DNA of 64,000 bases, taken from the human T2T-CHM13v2.0 reference genome, Homo sapiens. The translations under genes and the position numbers were made by a program. Under the pieces are notes generated by a model that made no database searches, was not told where the DNA came from, and was given only the letters and a program-made list of their open reading frames with translations. Position 1 is the first letter of the stretch; every line of letters starts with the position of its first letter. The stretch lies in the NCBI RefSeq assembly GCF_009914755.1, contig NC_060927.1; one strand, given 5' to 3'. Of the stretch, positions 35,016-49,083 are shown piece by piece.

Positions 35016-35106
35016 AGTGAGGCCCTTCATTAGACACTAATTTGAAGCTATGGCATTCCCCCACTATGAGCCCACCTGTCAGCCAGGCTATCTGCCTTGA
35101 TCCTAG

Positions 35107-35233
35107 ATGAAGTGGCCATTCTGCCTGCCCCTCAGAACCTCTCTGTACTCTCAACCAACATGAAGCATCTCTTGATGTGGAGCCCAGTGATCGCGCCTGG
35201 AGAAACAGTGTACTATTCTGTCGAATACCAGGG
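35107..35233 (+). CDS. IL20RB: IL20RB exon 2 (FN3 domain 1)
   Basis: ctAG|AT GAA GTG... (D)EVAILPAPQNLSVLSTNMKHLLMWSPVIAPGETVYYSVEYQG, then |GTGAGT. Phase 1 to 2. Confidence 0.96.
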
Positions 35234-35857
35234 GTGAGTTTTTTCTTTTAATAGTTCTTCTCCCTTAAGCAGAAGTTGGTTCCTGAAGGCATAGCCCTTC
35301 CTCCTGAGCCCAAGGTGGCTTTTTGAGTCCAGGGATAGATTATCCCCAAAGATCTACCCACTCTGTCTGCATAGGCATTGAAAGAGTTGAAGAAGCAAGG
35401 GAAATTGTTCTGTGGATTTGACAGTGAACTCTCTGGGAAGATGAATGTGCATAACACATTTTGGTGGAGTTATTTTAAAAAGTGAATCAACTGTCCAATG
35501 GGTTTGACTCTGACTTGAGATGGATAAATCACTGGAGACTCAGATCCTTTAAGGGTGGAGGAGTCCTCACTTTTCCTGACTATAAGCTTATACCTAGAGC
35601 CAAAACGAACTATAATCCTAAAGGTCAGCTGGCCCTGGGGCTGAGCAGGCTCTAGTCTTCTCCAGGTGTTCAGGTGCTTGCAGCTATTGAAGAGTGATAA
35701 GGACACAGAAATTGCTCCATATATTTCATTAACAATGAATACAGACTGAACACCTACATGTGTAGACATTCTTCTAGGCTCAGGGATACAGTTGACAAGG
35801 TTTCTGGATTTTGAGAGCTTACATCTAGAGGAGGATACAGATGATAAATATACTAGG

Positions 35858-36090
35858 CCAGCATTCTCTAGTATGGTAGCCACCAGCCACAGCTGGCTAT
35901 TTAAATTTAAATTAAATTAAATTAAATTAAATTAAATTAAATTAAATTAAATTAAAATGTCTGTTTCCTGCCACACTAGTCACATTTTAGGTGTTCAATA
36001 GCCACATGTGGCCAGTGGTTACCATATTGAACAACATCGATTTAGAATATTTGCATCATCACAGAAAGTTTATTTTTGGAAAGCACTGCT
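35858..36090. mobile_element. MER3/MER33-like hAT element containing an (AAATT)n microsatellite (~35907-35955)
   Basis: atggtagccaccagccac...gtggccagtggttaccat internal palindromy, CAG...CTG ends. Confidence 0.65.
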
Positions 36091-36815
36091 CTAGGGAATT
36101 TTGGATAGTAATCAGTGCTAGGAGGAAGCTAAAAGGCTGATGCCATAGAGAGTTGACACTGAGGCTCCTTTATATTAGATGGCCTGGGATGGCCTCTCTG
36201 AGGAGGTGATATTTATGCCATATCTGAAGGACAAGAGGAGCCAGCCATGCGAACAGCAGGGGCAGAGCATTTGAGATGGAGTGAACAGTTAGTCAAAGGT
36301 CCTAAGGCAAAAAGTGCTCAGCATTTTGGAGAAATGACCAATGTGGCAAGAATATCACGCTTAGGAGCAGAGTGAGAGAGAAGGCCAAAGCATCTTGTAA
36401 GACCACTGGCAAGAGTTTGGATCCCATTCTAAGTCCTGTAGGAAGCCATTAAGGAGAGAAACGTCACAATCTGCTGAGTGGTGAATGGTTTTGAGAATGG
36501 CAGGTGTCCAAGCTGGGAGATCACAGCAAGGCAAGGAATGACAGTGGCTGAGATTAGGGTGATGACCCTGGAGATGAAGAGATAAAAGAGATCCAGACAC
36601 ATTGATGTTTATGCCTAGCTTTCCCTATCTGGCAATAAAAGGAGTAAGGGACGATGGATGGTTGGTAGGGAGGAGAGTGGAGGAGCTAGGATAATGAGAA
36701 AGTACTTATTTTACTTACCTGTACAAAGTAGGTGAACGAAGTCAGTTACTTGCAACCATAACTGAGCCTGTGTCAGAGGGGCTGGTGTAACTCTGTGCCC
36801 TCCTCTCTTTGACAG

Positions 36816-37006
36816 GGAGTACGAGAGCCTGTACACGAGCCACATCTGGATCCCCAGCAGCTGGTGCTCACTCACTGAAGGTCCTGAGTGTGATGTCACT
36901 GATGACATCACGGCCACTGTGCCATACAACCTTCGTGTCAGGGCCACATTGGGCTCACAGACCTCAGCCTGGAGCATCCTGAAGCATCCCTTTAATAGAA
37001 ACTCAA
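36816..37006 (+). CDS. IL20RB: IL20RB exon 3
   Basis: gacAG|G EYESLYTSHIWIPSSWCSLTEGPECDVTDDITATVPYNLRVRATLGSQTSAWSILKHPFNRNS, then |GTAAGG. Phase 2 to 1. Confidence 0.96.
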
Positions 37007-37754
37007 GTAAGGCACTTCTCTCCTTACACTCCCACCCCAACCAGCCCCTCCTTTAGGAACCATGTTCACCTAAACTTTCTAGACTCTTTTTAGCATCAGA
37101 ATAGTCCTTCAAAGCCAGAGTATTGTGAACACAAACAACCCTTACTGGTATATTTGAAAAATTGCCAACTGCTTTCTACATGCTGCTCTCTGTCATGCCC
37201 TTTGACTACGCAAGTCATTCCTGACTGTCTGTGTCAGGGTGTGCAGGTGTTGGGGATGCTGACATTGGGAACCTGGAAGGAAAGCTGCTCTGGAAGTGAA
37301 GAGGTGGCACCAGGACTGCTGCTCCCTACTCTGATTGTGCCTCCATAAATCTTACACTGCCTCCCACTTGAGGCCTCATTAACTGCATATTTACTGCCCA
37401 CGTAAGCAGCTTTGTTGTGCAAGAGGATTTATACACTTAACAGAGCCACCAGAAAATTGCCCTTCTGTAATGACTTCTGTGGGAAATAAATAACTTTTCT
37501 TTTGGAGTAGTACCTGGAAAAGGATTGAGAAAGAAGTAATAGAGGAATCCAGATAGGTGGCCAAATGTGGCTGAGTACAAGCACTGGTCATTGTATAAAA
37601 GGACATGTGTGTTTGCGGAACAGGAGAGGCAAGGGCTGATGGGCAGGGGGTAGGGAAGCAGTTGATCATGTGGTGAAGGGCTTTGACACGAAGCTTGACC
37701 AAGTCAGTAGAGGGTAGCCAATGAAAGAGGAGAGGATCTAGACCAGGTCTATCT

Positions 37755-38148
<394 letters not shown>

Positions 38149-38455
38149 TAATACTCCTACTGATCCCAAGAGTTTGGAAGGGGATGGGAAGGAGATGATG
38201 AATCCAAGAAACATGGCTGATTTAGAAAGGACGGAGCTTAGGAATCAAGTTTGTGGGGACAGAAAAGGGAGAGATAATGATAGTATTCAGCTGTCAAATG
38301 GAATTGGTGAGAACACCAGCTAAGGCAAATAACCCAGGGGGAAACAACTGGTCTTGAAGAATAGGAGACACCCCCGGCTTTGAGACTGAGATTTCTACAA
38401 GATGTCATCTTGTGGATGTCTGACTGGCAGCTGGAAATCAGTCCCTGAGGCTTAG

Positions 38456-38809
<354 letters not shown>

Positions 38810-39984
38810 TAACAGCTAAAGGCTTGGAAGTAGACGAGACTGTTTAGGGACAAGACGCTGAAGATAAAGAGAGGACAAGGTCCTGGAAAACCTCAGACTT
38901 TAAAATGTGGATGGAGGGAAGGGCACCAGGGTAGAGGATCATGGAAAGCAGAATAGAACAGCTCCTGAGAGGCTGGAGGAAGCCCCTGGATGGGCCCTTG
39001 AGAAAGTAACTTCATGGAGTGGAAAGGATGACCATCTGGCTGCTGGAGTGGAGGATTGCATGGAGGTAGGAAGGAGCAAGGAATGGGTGGGAATGTAACC
39101 AGTTTAGAGCTGCAGGAAAGGCAAGATAAGGGTCTTCTTTGGTCTCTGTTTTCGTGATGTGGCAGAAGAGCTTCTGTTGTGAATGATGGTGGAAGAAGGT
39201 TTGGGGCAGAATTTGCAGCATTCGGATGAGTCAAAATTTACTGAGGAATGTATGATATTAGGTGGAAATTAGGAAGGTTTAGAAGAAGAGGATCCCAAGC
39301 TGAAGAGCAGAGGAGGGAAGGGATGGGGCAGGAATAGGACCATTGGAATGGGATACCAAAAGGAATTTTGGTGCAGATTGTGGGCTCCTTTGCCCAGGCC
39401 TCCTTCCCAGGCACCAGGACTGGAATGGAATGGAATGGAATGACTTCATGGAATGGAGAGGATGATCATCTGGCTGAATTTGGTCCAAGAGGAGTTGGTC
39501 GAAGTGGCAGGATCTGGGGGAGATTAAGGGGCCCTGTAGGGCACTGCAAAACTGCCACTACCTGCAGTGCCCAGGCAGCATTCAGCACCACCTCCCTCTG
39601 GCTCCTAAGAGCATGGGGATCCAGCCAAGACCATTGCTGGGGGCTGGCAGCTGTTGCTGGAAAGCAGGCATGGGTCACATAAAGATAAGGGAGTGCCTAC
39701 AAAACTATGTGGGTGGGGATGTGCTGTAAAACCTTGTACTTACGAAGGCCTGTATAAACAGGAAAAGAGCTTGCTGCAGGGGCAGCTGAGGAACAGGAGT
39801 CTGTACTTGCATCAGAAGATGGAAGACACGGTTCTATGATATCCAAGCAAATAGGCTGGGATGGCGTCATGATCTCTTAAGGGCATTAAGTTTGTCCTCT
39901 TCCATTTGAAAAAGGCCACTCAGACTTCTCCCCAGGAATGTGAAAAATCTTGATTTAAGGCTCTCCTGAAAAGGATCCCTACTG

Positions 39985-40293
<309 letters not shown>

Positions 40294-40632
40294 CTGAGGG
40301 TCCCCACTCTTAAAGGGAAACTTTTTATTGAGAGCAGAGGTTTTTAACTTTGCACATTTGAGTCACAGGGGAGCTTTAGAATCAGTTATGCCTGGGGCTC
40401 TTCCCCAGAGAGTCTGGTTTAAATGATCTGCATGCATCTTATTCACTGGGAGTTTAAAATTCTCCCCAGATTATTTTCATGTACAGCCAGGGTTGAGATC
40501 CACTAGCAAAGAGGCTAAACACCCCACACAAGGGAGGTAGAAATGTAGAAAGAAATGGGCTCAAATTCTGTAGATTAACTCTGTGACTCTGGGCATGTCA
40601 CTTAATCTCTCTGTAAAACAGGAACAATGTTA

Positions 40633-40951
<319 letters not shown>

Positions 40952-41367
40952 TTAAATGAGATAAGCATGCAGAAGGCATAGGACAGAGGTTCCTGCCCCA
41001 ACGCTGTCAAACAACTCTTCTCTGAACTGAAACTTCAGATTATTTTCTCTAATTCTGGTCTCAATAAAGATGGAGATCAGAAGACCCAATTCTGATGACA
41101 TCTGACAGAAAAGTTGAGGAGTCAAATATCTGTTTCCCTTCTGAAGGTGTTTCAGAGGTAGTGCTAGTGGTGCTATGTGGTCATATGAACCTCAGGACTG
41201 AGTGTGTTTTGCACAGTTGGCCCTGGCTTCCCAAGTCCTCCTGACCCCTGTCCAGGTAGCTCTTCAACAAGCAGGCATAAACACTTCTCTGATGAGGGAC
41301 GCGATGGGGAAAGGCTTTGTTCTCTGAAAACTCCCTGTAGGAACTGCCTTTCTTCTGAGTGTCCACT

Positions 41368-42798
41368 TGTGTCCGGAATTGGTGGGTTCTTGATCTCACT
41401 GACTTCAAGAATGAAGCCGCAGACCCTCGCGGTGAGTGTTACAGCTCTTAAGGTGGCGCGTCTGGAGTCTGTCCCTTCTGATGTTCGGATGTGTTCAGAG
41501 TTTCTTCCTTCTGGTGGGTTCCTAGTCTCGCTGGCTCAGGAGTGAAGCTGCAGATCTTCACGGTGAGTGTTACAGCTCTTAAGGCGGCGCGTCTGGAGTT
41601 GTTCGTTCTTCCTGGTGGGCTCGTGGTCTCGCTGGCTTCAGGAGTGAAGCTGCAGACCTTCGCGGTGAGTGTTACAGCTCATAAAAGCAGTGTGGACCCA
41701 AAGAGTGAGCAGTAGCAAGATTTATTGCAAAGAGCGAAAGAACAAAGCTTCCACAGTGTGGAAGGGGACCCGAGCGGGTTGCCACTGCTGGCTCGGGCAG
41801 CCTGCTTTTATTCTCTTATCTGGCCCCACCCACGTCCTGCTGATTGGTAGAGCCCAGTGGTCTGTTTTGACAGGGCGCTGATTCGTGCGTTTACAATCCC
41901 TGAGCTAGACACAAAGGTTCTCCACGTCCCCACCAGATTAGTTAGATACAGAGTATAGACACAAAGGTTCTCCAAGGCCCCACCAGAGTAGCTAGATACA
42001 GAGTGTCGATCGGTGCACTCACAAACCCTGAGCTAGTAGACACAGGGTGCTGATTGGTGTGTTTACAAACTTGAGCTAGAGACAGAGTGCCCATTGGTGT
42101 ATTTACAATCCCTGAGCTAGACATAAAGATTCTCCAAGGCCCCACCAGACTCAGGAGGCCAGCTGGCTTCACCCAGTGGATCCCGCACCAGGGCTGCCGG
42201 TGGAGCTGCGTGCCAGTCCTGCGCCCTGCGTCAGCACTCCTCAGCCCTTGGGTGGTCGATGGGACTGGGCGCCGTGGAGCAGGGGGTGGCGCTCATCGGG
42301 GAGGCTCGGGCCGCACAGGAGCCCATGGAGGGGGTGGGAGGCTCAGGCATGGCGGGCTGCAGGTCCCGAGCCACGCCCCACGGGAAGGCAGCTAAGGCCC
42401 GGTGAGAAATCTAGCACGGCGCCGGTGGGCTGGCACTGCTGGGGGACCCAGTACACCCTCCGCAGCCGCTGGCCCGGGTGCTAAGCCCCTCATTGCCGGG
42501 GCCGGCAGGGCCGGCCGGCTGCTCCGAGTGCGGGGCCCACCAAGCCCACGCCCACCCGGAACTCCAGCTGGCCCGCAAGCGCCGCGTGCAGCCCCGGTTC
42601 CAGCTCGCGCCTCTCCCTCCACACCTCCCTGCAAGCTGAGGGAGCCGGCTCCAGTCTTGGCCAGCCCAGAAAGGGGCTCCCGCAGTGCAGCGGTGGGCTG
42701 AAGGGCTCCTCAAGTGCGGCCAAAGTGGGAGCCCAGGCAGAGGACGTGCCCAGAGTGAGCGAGGGCTGTGAGGACTGCCAGCATGCTGTCACCTCTCA
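41368..42798 (-). mobile_element. Solo LTR12C (ERV9) LTR
   Basis: The - strand starts TGAGAGGTGACAGC and ends CCAATTCCGGACACA. 4-bp TSD CACT (41364-41367, 42799-42802). CpG-rich U3, tandem CCAAT/GATA units, AATAAAA TATA-like box at 41806-41812. Confidence 0.93.
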
Positions 42799-43104
42799 CA
42801 CTGACCCCAGGGAAGGCAGATTTAGCCCAGAACATGCCCCACCCCTTTCCAATCCAAGACCAGTGATCAGGGTGGCCCTTCTGGTCCTGCAGTATCTGGG
42901 TCTGAAAGGCAAGTATAACTCCATCACCAGTAACCAGGGTGTAGAGACTATCTGTGTGGGCCCTTCTGTTCTTGGTCTGCTGATGGGAAGGTATCCACAA
43001 GGGCTGTGGGCCTCTCTGCTGGGGACCTTGCAATATGGAAGATGATGTTTGTACTTATGCTGTAATTTCTAGAGTTGATTATTGGAATCTGTAAAAAGCC
43101 TGTG

Positions 43105-43418
43105 GGCTGGGCACATTGGCTCACTCCTGTAATCCCAGCACTTTGGGAGCTCGAGGTGGGCGAACTGCTTGAGTCTAGGAATTAGAGACCAGCCTGGGCA
43201 ATGTGGTGAAGTCCCATCTCTACAAAAAATACAAAAAACATTAGCTGAGTGCGGTGATGTGTGCCTGTAGTTCCAGCTACTTGGGAGGCTAAGGTGGGAG
43301 GATTACCTGAGCCTGAGAGTTCGAGGCTGCAGTGAGCCATGATAGTGCCACTATACACTCCAGCTTGGGTGACAGAGTGAGACCCTGTCTGAAAAAAAAA
43401 GAAACAAGAAAAAAAAAA
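43105..43418 (+). mobile_element. Alu (AluJ-like)
   Basis: Diverged dimer with A tail. Confidence 0.88.
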
Positions 43419-44087
43419 GCCGGTGACTTGCCAGCTGAGAACTGGGCTGAGAATAGAATGGCCAACCCTATTCACAGGCTGCTCATCTGCTGATATGTGA
43501 AAGTTATCAGTAGCCAGTACATGCCACAGATCTGTGTGAGCTGTGGGAATGCACATGGCCCTGCCAGGTATGCTCATTCCTAAGGGGCAAAGACTGGGGC
43601 TGGCTGTTCAGTATAGACCTGAGCTCACATAGGCATTTGGCAAGCATTAAAATATAGCATCTGCTCACTTAGATGAGCCAAAGTGAGGAGCAATTTCTGC
43701 TGAAAAAGTGGTGACAGGAGGGGCATGGATCATAAAATTTTAAAAGAGCAAGAGATAATGTTTACTGGAGTTTTTAATCACTTTTCTTGTGTATATGTGC
43801 CTCCTGGAGAAGGAACAGTGGACTTTATTAAAGGATTAAAAAAGAAGAGAATTATAGCATTTGTCATTTGTTTCTTCATTTATTCATCACTCAAAAAGCA
43901 TTTACTGAGCACCTGCTGCATACAGGAGAGTATTTGTGTACATGTTTCCATGAGCTTGAAGCTACAGCAGACTCCCTTCCTCTCCTACGGAGACGGACAT
44001 ATTTCCATACATGACCCGGTCATTGTGTTCCAGGGAAATCAACCCTGTCTGGGGCTGGCTTTGACTCTCCTGTTGTCTTGCCAACAG

Positions 44088-44212
44088 CCATCCTTACCCG
44101 ACCTGGGATGGAGATCACCAAAGATGGCTTCCACCTGGTTATTGAGCTGGAGGACCTGGGGCCCCAGTTTGAGTTCCTTGTGGCCTACTGGAGGAGGGAG
44201 CCTGGTGCCGAG
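44088..44212 (+). CDS. IL20RB: IL20RB exon 4 (FN3 domain 2)
   Basis: caacAG|(T)ILTRPGMEITKDGFHLVIELEDLGPQFEFLVAYWRREPGAE, then |GTGAGA. Phase 1 to 0. Confidence 0.96.
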
Positions 44213-45789
44213 GTGAGACTCCAGCCTTGGCCTTTGGGTCAGGCTTCGGGAAAGAAGGCACAGATTTCTGAGGGTGAGCAAGGGAAGGCTGCCCCTGCTC
44301 ACTGGGTGACCTGGGGATGAGCAGTCCTGGGTGAAGTGTGCAAAAGATGAGTATGCTGACCACCCCATCAGCCTCTTCTCCAAAGAACTTCCTTGGTCCA
44401 TTCAATCATGCCTTGGCTGGGAGCATTTCCAGGCCAGATCTGCTGAAGTATGGGGCTGCCCCCTTACCCTAAACTCTAACATAGTTGGACCACAATATCT
44501 TTTCAATGCCTTTTTTCTCCCTCATCAGCTCATCTCCTCAGCCACTTAGGGGCAGCAATCAGGATTTGTAGATCAACAGGATGATTTCAAAAGCACACAA
44601 CGCTGGTACAAACCTCCTGAGGGTGTGTGTCTTGGCAGGGTGAAGAGGTAGAGGCAGGGATCCAGGAGTTGGCTTATGAGTAAACCCATCTAACTATGAG
44701 CAGGTGGGCCATGCAGAATGCTCAGGTGGGGTGCTGCCCTCCCCATGGGAAGGGTGCTACAGCCTGGGATGGGTGGGAGGCCAGCCCTCACAGAGGGAAT
44801 AGCCAGACAAGCAGCAGCAGTATGAGGAGTGGAGCACGATCAGGAACTAGGGGACACTCAGACCTGTGGAACCTCTGTCCAAGCATATGATGACAAAGCT
44901 TAGAGGCCCACTCCAGGCAGCACAAGCAAAGATAGGCTTTATCACAAGGACTAATACGGTGCAATAAGGAGCTCTCACAGATCTATAAACAGCTGGCAGA
45001 GGGCCAGGCTCCAGCCTCACTTACCCAGGGCCCTTGCTCCCCTCTGGTGGGTCCCTGCTCTTGCACACTTTCTATGGCCCTTTCCTAGCTTATTCCAGGC
45101 TGTGATCCCTCATCAATGCTTCCTACTCATGCCTATGATGTGCCCCCAGCCTCTCGAGGCCTCTCAGGCCTGACTTCTCCTCACTGTGTCCTCTCTCCTT
45201 TGTCCCTGCTTCTAGCTCTCGGTATTCAGTTTCCCAAGACCAAATCCTCAGAAGAAGAATCCAATTGGTCTTGCTCGTCTTATCAGGCCAAGCTTCAGGG
45301 GTTGCTGGTAGCCAGCTCGCCTCTGATTGGACCCTTCTCAGGCCAAGGGTACCCTTGATCTTATAGCAGTATCTGGACTAAGAGCACATGCCTCACCACC
45401 CATTCAAAGAGGGCTGTAGGTTGGGTAGCTTCCCATGAAAGGTGGTGTGGGCAGGTACAACACTGGGTTTCGGTATTTACCCTGCTAGGCAAGAGCCCAC
45501 GGTAGGATATGGCATTGCCAGCCAGGCAGATGGAGTAGTGTTGGGGACAGGGCAGAGCCTGTGCAGGAGGAAGCATGCAGCTCCCTCAGATTCGCTGGGA
45601 TGGAGCCCACTACCCACCTTTGGTAACTGGCAGGGCCAGGGCTAAGAGGGGAGCATGTACCCTGAGTCATCTAGGCTTGGTCCAGGCAAGCCTCCACAGG
45701 ATCAGATGCAGAGCACAGCCTCAGGGAAGGGCATGGAGGTGGAAGGGTGAACAGACGGATGGACAGATGGGTGGATGAGTGAGGAGGTG

Positions 45790-46138
45790 CTGCCCGTGGC
45801 TCCACTGCACACTGATTCCTTGGCAGCAGTGGCCATGCCAAGCCCCTGCTCAAGTCAGGGTCTCTGCACAAATGTTACCCTATCAGAGAAGCCTTCTCTA
45901 ACCACTCTGTTTAAGATGGTGCCTCCTCGTTACCATCTCTTTGCTCTGCTTTTTCCTTCACAGTCCTTGTCACCACCTGATGTGTATTTTTTTATAGTCT
46001 GTTTCACCCCATGTAAGCCCCATGAGAGCAAGGACTTTGTCCATTTTGTTCAATGCTAGGTCCCTGTGCTTAGAGCAGTGCCTAGCACATAGTAGGTACT
46101 TAATAAATATGATTGAATGAATGAGTGCCTGAATGAAT
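45790..46138 (+). mobile_element. L2 3' end
   Basis: catgagagcaaggactttgtc...cagtgcctagcacatagtagg...tgaatgaatga. Confidence 0.7.
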
Positions 46139-46251
46139 GTATGTGTGAGAGGGAACATTCTGTGTGCATCTGGAAAGGAAGTATCTGCAACTTTCCTTCC
46201 CTGGCACTTTTTGCCCTTTCCAGTCCTGCTGCCTTCTGGGAATAACTGCTT

Positions 46252-46555
46252 TCTTTTTATCTTTTATTTTTTGAGACAGAGTCTCGCTCTGTCGCCCAAG
46301 CTGGAGTGCAGTGGCACGATCTTGGATCACTGCAACTTCTGCCTCCTGGGTTCAAGTGATTCTCCTGCCTCAGCCTCCTGAGTAGCTGGGATTACAGGCA
46401 CCCACCACCATGCCTGGCTAATTTTTTATTTGTAGTAGAGATGGGGTGTTTCACCATGTTGGTCAGGCTGGTCTTGAACTCCTGACCTCAGGTGATCCGC
46501 CCGCCTCAGGCTCCCAAAGTGCTGGGATTATAGGCGTGAGCCACCGCACTTGGCC
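46252..46555 (-). mobile_element. Alu (AluSx-like) abutting the exon 5 acceptor
   Basis: Antisense dimer, TSD-like aataactgctttct / aataactgtgttttct. Confidence 0.92.
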
Positions 46556-46583
46556 AATAACTGTGTTTTCTGGTCTGTCAAAG

Positions 46584-46734
46584 GAACATGTCAAAATGGT
46601 GAGGAGTGGGGGTATTCCAGTGCACCTAGAAACCATGGAGCCAGGGGCTGCATACTGTGTGAAGGCCCAGACATTCGTGAAGGCCATTGGGAGGTACAGC
46701 GCCTTCAGCCAGACAGAATGTGTGGAGGTGCAAG
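46584..46734 (+). CDS. IL20RB: IL20RB exon 5
   Basis: caaAG|EHVKMVRSGGIPVHLETMEPGAAYCVKAQTFVKAIGRYSAFSQTECVEVQ-G, then |GTAAGG. Phase 0 to 1. Confidence 0.95.
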
Positions 46735-47726
46735 GTAAGGATGGCTTCTCTGTCCCTGGAGCCCTGCACAGGTGATAGCCCCTCCTGGCATATCTCAGAG
46801 GCCTGCTGGGTTCCTTTGGTTCTGAGTTTTTCCTTGATTTCACTGACCTCCCTCATGGACTGGGTGGGTTCCCATAGTGAAATTATGTTTGTGAATCTGA
46901 TTCCCCTAGAGGCAGGAGTCCACCCTGGGGCTGGGTGGGGTTACGAGCAGCTGTCTGAAACACTTTCCCCCTTAAAGCTTCCTAGGCCTGGGGGCCAGGT
47001 GTTGCAAGACTGGTTTACCAGATGGTTACTGCCTGTGAATCAGAGTGGGCTGCAGGAGAGGCAGCCACAGGCTTCAGAGGGTCAGACCTTGGAAGGAGGT
47101 GCTACGTTGTATAACACCACAGCCTTCTTCATCTGGAAGGGACCTTATGGAAAGCCTAGAGAATCCTCTTGTTTGAATTACTCTTTTCCCTTGAATATTT
47201 TAAGGTCAGAAAACCTACAATGTTTAAAAACCCTTTGAAAAGAAGCAAAACCAAACAAGAGCCTACATCCCATGATCTGTCACTCAAACATCACTAGTTA
47301 CATTTTTGTGTATAGCCTTTTAGTCTTTAAAAATAGAACTATTTTTTTAAAAAGACGAATTATTATCTTAATTATATAGTATATTTATTTATTTATTTTT
47401 CTTTCTAAAAAAATTTATTTTGTTTCATATGTAGAGACAAGGTCTTGCTCTGTTGCCTGGGCCTTGGCCTCCAAAGAGCTGAGATTACAGGTGTGAGCCA
47501 CCATGCTCAGCTCATTTAGGGCATCATCCTTCAGTCATTGCCATGTGTAGGCACATGCTGTAGTCCTATAACATACACATTTTGTGCCTGCTTTTTCACA
47601 AATATCATATCCATAACATTTTTCATGCAGATTTCCTGATTACTATTTTATGCTACTTTATAAAATCATACAAGTCAAGCTTGCTTAACAATCCAAACAA
47701 CACCAAAGCATATAAAGTAAGAGGAG

Positions 47727-47860
47727 GGCCAGGCATGGTGGCTCACACCTGTAATCCCGGCACTTTGGGAGGCTGAGGCAGAAGGATTGCTTGAGCCCAG
47801 GAGTTCAACACCAGCCTGGGCAACATAGCGAGACCTCGTCTCATTTTAATAAATAAATAA
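47727..47860 (+). mobile_element. FLAM / Alu monomer
   Basis: Single arm with (AAAT)n tail. Another partial antisense monomer lies at ~47385-47512. Confidence 0.8.
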
Positions 47861-48075
47861 AGAGGTGAGTGTGCCCCATTCTCCTGCACATCACTCAGGA
47901 GGTTTCCGTTGGTGAGTCTGGCGTTTAATCTTCCAGGCGTTGTCTGTGTGGTACCAATGCTCACACACATAGATGGGATGATATTGTACCTACTACTCTG
48001 TACTTGGCTTGTCTTCACTCAGTAGTATATTGTGAACATCTTTTCATGTCAATACATATGGATCTACCTCATTCT

Positions 48076-48679
<604 letters not shown>

Positions 48680-48799
48680 TCAATATATGTAAATGAAAGG
48701 CTGTTGCTCTAGTTCAGATGTTGCTAAGAACTGACTTATGTATATAGTTGTTTCCTTCCTTGGAATTAGTTTTTGGAATTAAAATTTCAGGAGTTGGGG

Positions 48800-49083
48800 A
48801 GAAGTGAGGATATGGGCACGAAAAAAACAGAAAGAATGAATAAGACCTACTATTTGATAGCACAATAGGATGACTATAGTCAACAATAACCTAATTGTAT
48901 ATTTTAACATAACTTAAAGAGTGTAATTGGATTGTTTGTAACTCAAATGATAAATGTTTGAGGGGATGGCTACCTATTCTCCATGATGTGCTTATTTCAC
49001 ATTGCATGCCTGTATCAAAACATCTCATGTACCCCATAAATATATACACCTACTATATACCTACAAAAATTAAAAATAAAAAA
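48800..49083 (+). mobile_element. L1MA1/2-like 3' end (sense)
   Basis: gaaagaatgaataagacctactatttgatagcac...catctcatgtaccccataaatatatacacctactat...aataaa. Confidence 0.75.

Noticed and set aside
41420-42160. Spaced repeats superficially like a CRISPR array
   Set aside because: Known internal tandem units of LTR12. No unique spacers, no cas genes, eukaryotic context.
42087-43045. Stack of overlapping ~100-aa ORFs on both strands
   Set aside because: Stop-poor GC-rich U3 of LTR12C.
43725-47238. ORFs of 163 aa (43725) and 183 aa (46687)
   Set aside because: Alternate frames or intron run-ons across IL20RB exons 4 and 5, with no independent coding evidence.
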